Source: Octopus sinensis
Taxonomy: Eukaryota
DNA: 64,000 bases
Assembly (NCBI RefSeq): GCF_006345805.1
Contig: NC_042999.1
Location: forward strand, 3,968,001 to 4,032,000
Direction of reading: 5' to 3'
Below the pieces are notes generated by a model. That model ran no database searches. It was not told the DNA's origin and saw only the letters and a list, made by a program, of their open reading frames with translations. This document shows, piece after piece, positions 61,663 to 64,000 of the stretch. Position numbers and translations under genes: made by a program. Within the stretch, counting starts at the first letter, position 1. Each line of letters opens with the position of its first letter.

Positions 61663-63490
61663 GTGTGAGAGGATGGTTAAGTAATAGTTAATTTAGATAA
61701 GATACAAAATAGATAGTGAGGTGGAGGAAAGAAAATAGATGTGAGATATGTAGGGATATTGTATTTGTAGATCCATCTTTTTTTTGGTAGGCAGAACGGT
61801 ATACATATAAGATTCTAATACCTTATGAGTAAAATCTAATAGTATTTAAGATTGGTCATTCCAAGTATAGAGTTTATACACAATGTTATTGAATCGAGAG
61901 TTTTAAATAAAACCCTTGATTCTGAATAATAACAGCTGAACGCCTCTAAGCTGGAACCATAGCTGGACTTGAGTTATTTTCCAAAAGCTTCTTAACCTCA
62001 AGGAGTACGCCTTAGCTCAACAAGTGCCATTCAGATCCTGTAATAGAAGCAGCATTACATCATGATGCACATTTGGTAAGCATTGAATGTACTGTAAGTT
62101 CAATGAATAGCTCACAAGAAAGTGGTTTGAATAAACTGACAGAAGTTGTTCTGTAGATGTATCATGGCCATGAATATGATGGAGTGTTGGTGGTGATAAT
62201 AATTAGCATCATTTCTATGAATGGACAGCTGGCCATTTAATTTGATTCCAATTAGTATATCATAAACTGTATCTCAATTTATTATCAATTTATCATATTT
62301 GTTTTCATCTATACAATATGATATTTGATTATGAAATTACCATTCTTCTAGGCAGTTAATCTTTGGTAAGTGAGTAGGAGTGAGAGAAGCTATTTATGGA
62401 CTTAAAAAGTTATTGACATAAAAATTAAGAAACAGCATTGTTTATAGATATGAATGGGATTGAGATTAAAAAAAAAGATAATTTCAAGTTGAAATATGAT
62501 AATGATAAAATATTGCAGATTGCATAAATATAATACATAGATATAGTGCATAAATATATCTATAAAAATTAATCTTTGCTTCGTATTAATTTTTAGTTTG
62601 GTATGGTATGTGGGCAAATGAGATGTATGTGTGTTGTTTCCATAAGACTCTTTGTTCATTATCAGTACATGCTATTTTTAGAGAACATATTATTTGTTTA
62701 CTATTATGGTTAACAAAACATCTGCTGCAATACTATATTAAGAAGCTTTGATGGAACCTAGATATAGAATGAATGCACAAAGATGTTTTTTTTTTCTTCT
62801 TTAGAAGATTATTTTTTACTGGTAAGAATTCTGTTTGTAACTAGTTTGTAATTTTCTTTCTCAGCTTTTCTGCAATCAATACCAATATACTTAAAACTAA
62901 TTTTCAATGCTAAATGTCTATTTAATATAATATGTTCTTTGGCTGTATATATTCTGTTCATGATTATTATCCCTATTGAATTTCTTACATAGTAATTCAA
63001 TGATTCCTGTGATCTGATTTCAGTTCTATTCTATGACAGTTCTTATTCAATATCTTTGTCATTAGCAAAGAATCTAATTTTCTCTAGAACCAAATCCATT
63101 TACATGTGTGTGTGTGTCTACAAGCACACACGTATGTATGTATGTATGTATGTATGTATGTATGTATGTATGTATGTATATATGTGTTTGATGATAATGA
63201 TAATAATAATGATAATAATAAAAACAATGATATAATAATATAATATTATTATATCATAATAATCAAATTACTAATTGGTTTTATACAAGAGGCTGAGAAC
63301 CAAATTTGGCAATCATCAGAAATGGAAGAAAGGAATATCTTAGCATGGGCTCTTCAGCACTGGAGGCTTGAAAGTGTCACATTCAGTTTTTGGGTCTAAT
63401 GACTCACACACACACACATGCAGGCGTGTGTATAGGCACATATTGTGTGTGCACGCATACGTAATTATATATGTGAGCCTGTGTATGAAT

Positions 63491-63800
63491 ATCATCATCA
63501 TCATCATCATCGTTTAGCCTCCGCTTTCCATGCTAGCATGGGTTGGACGGTTCAACTGGGGTCTGGGAAGCCAGAAGGCTGCACCAGGCCCAGTCTTATC
63601 TGGCAGTGTTTCTACGGCTGGATGCCCTTCCTAACGCCAACCACTCCATGAGTGTAGTGGGTGCTTTTTACGTGCCACCAGCACAGGTGCCAGACGAGTC
63701 TGGCAAACGGCCACGATCAGATGGTGCTTTTTATGTGCCACCGGCATGGGGGCCAGGCGAGGCTGGCAATGGCCATGAATGGATGGTGCTTTTTGAAATT
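63491..63800 (-). mobile_element. RTE LINE 3' UTR fragment with (GAT)n tail
   Basis: Same tail family. Confidence 0.85.
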
Positions 63801-64000
63801 CAGTCACAGGCTTTAAGCTGTAACTAATAGATAAACATTACATATGAATAAAGAATAAAGACTAAAGAATAACTAATTTAAAACTGAATGCCTCATTTCT
63901 TTTTCTTTCTATGTTGTTATGCTTCTCATTTCTCAAATCACTTTTTTGGTAAATTTGTACTTAAAACCACAAATTCTTAACTTTAATACCTATTTTATTA

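Overview
AT-rich (roughly one-third GC by eye), microsatellite-saturated eukaryotic DNA. The repeat landscape (tRNA-headed CORE-like and Meta-like SINEs, RTE tails ending in (GAT)n, CR1, mariner, Helitron, TTAA MITEs) looks like a coleoid cephalopod, probably Octopus; that is an inference from repeat families, not a database match. No host protein-coding gene can be assembled with confidence, so the window is probably intronic or intergenic. The only long intact ORF is a 5'-truncated CR1 reverse transcriptase (1455-3059, minus). Almost all other track ORFs are microsatellite or antisense-repeat artefacts. The most striking unexplained structure is a dense set of type I hammerhead-ribozyme (HHR) motifs in short elements wedged between microsatellites. 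Clear cores occur at 16958, 26948/26981 (duplicated at 28114/28147), 44151, 53845, 59832 and about 61620; variant cores occur at 4435, 19359, 55851 and in a CCAAUGA family. Two sit in long fold-backs, one with sense and antisense ribozymes and one whose inverted arm lacks exactly the catalytic core. They most likely derive from Penelope-like element termini (retrozyme-like). Also notable: a textbook recursive-splice-like AG|GTAAGT site at 46148/46149, two pre-miRNA-like hairpins (41708-41787, 42928-42988), and a near-identical 1.17 kb tandem duplication. All structures were folded by eye; no searches or folding programs were run.
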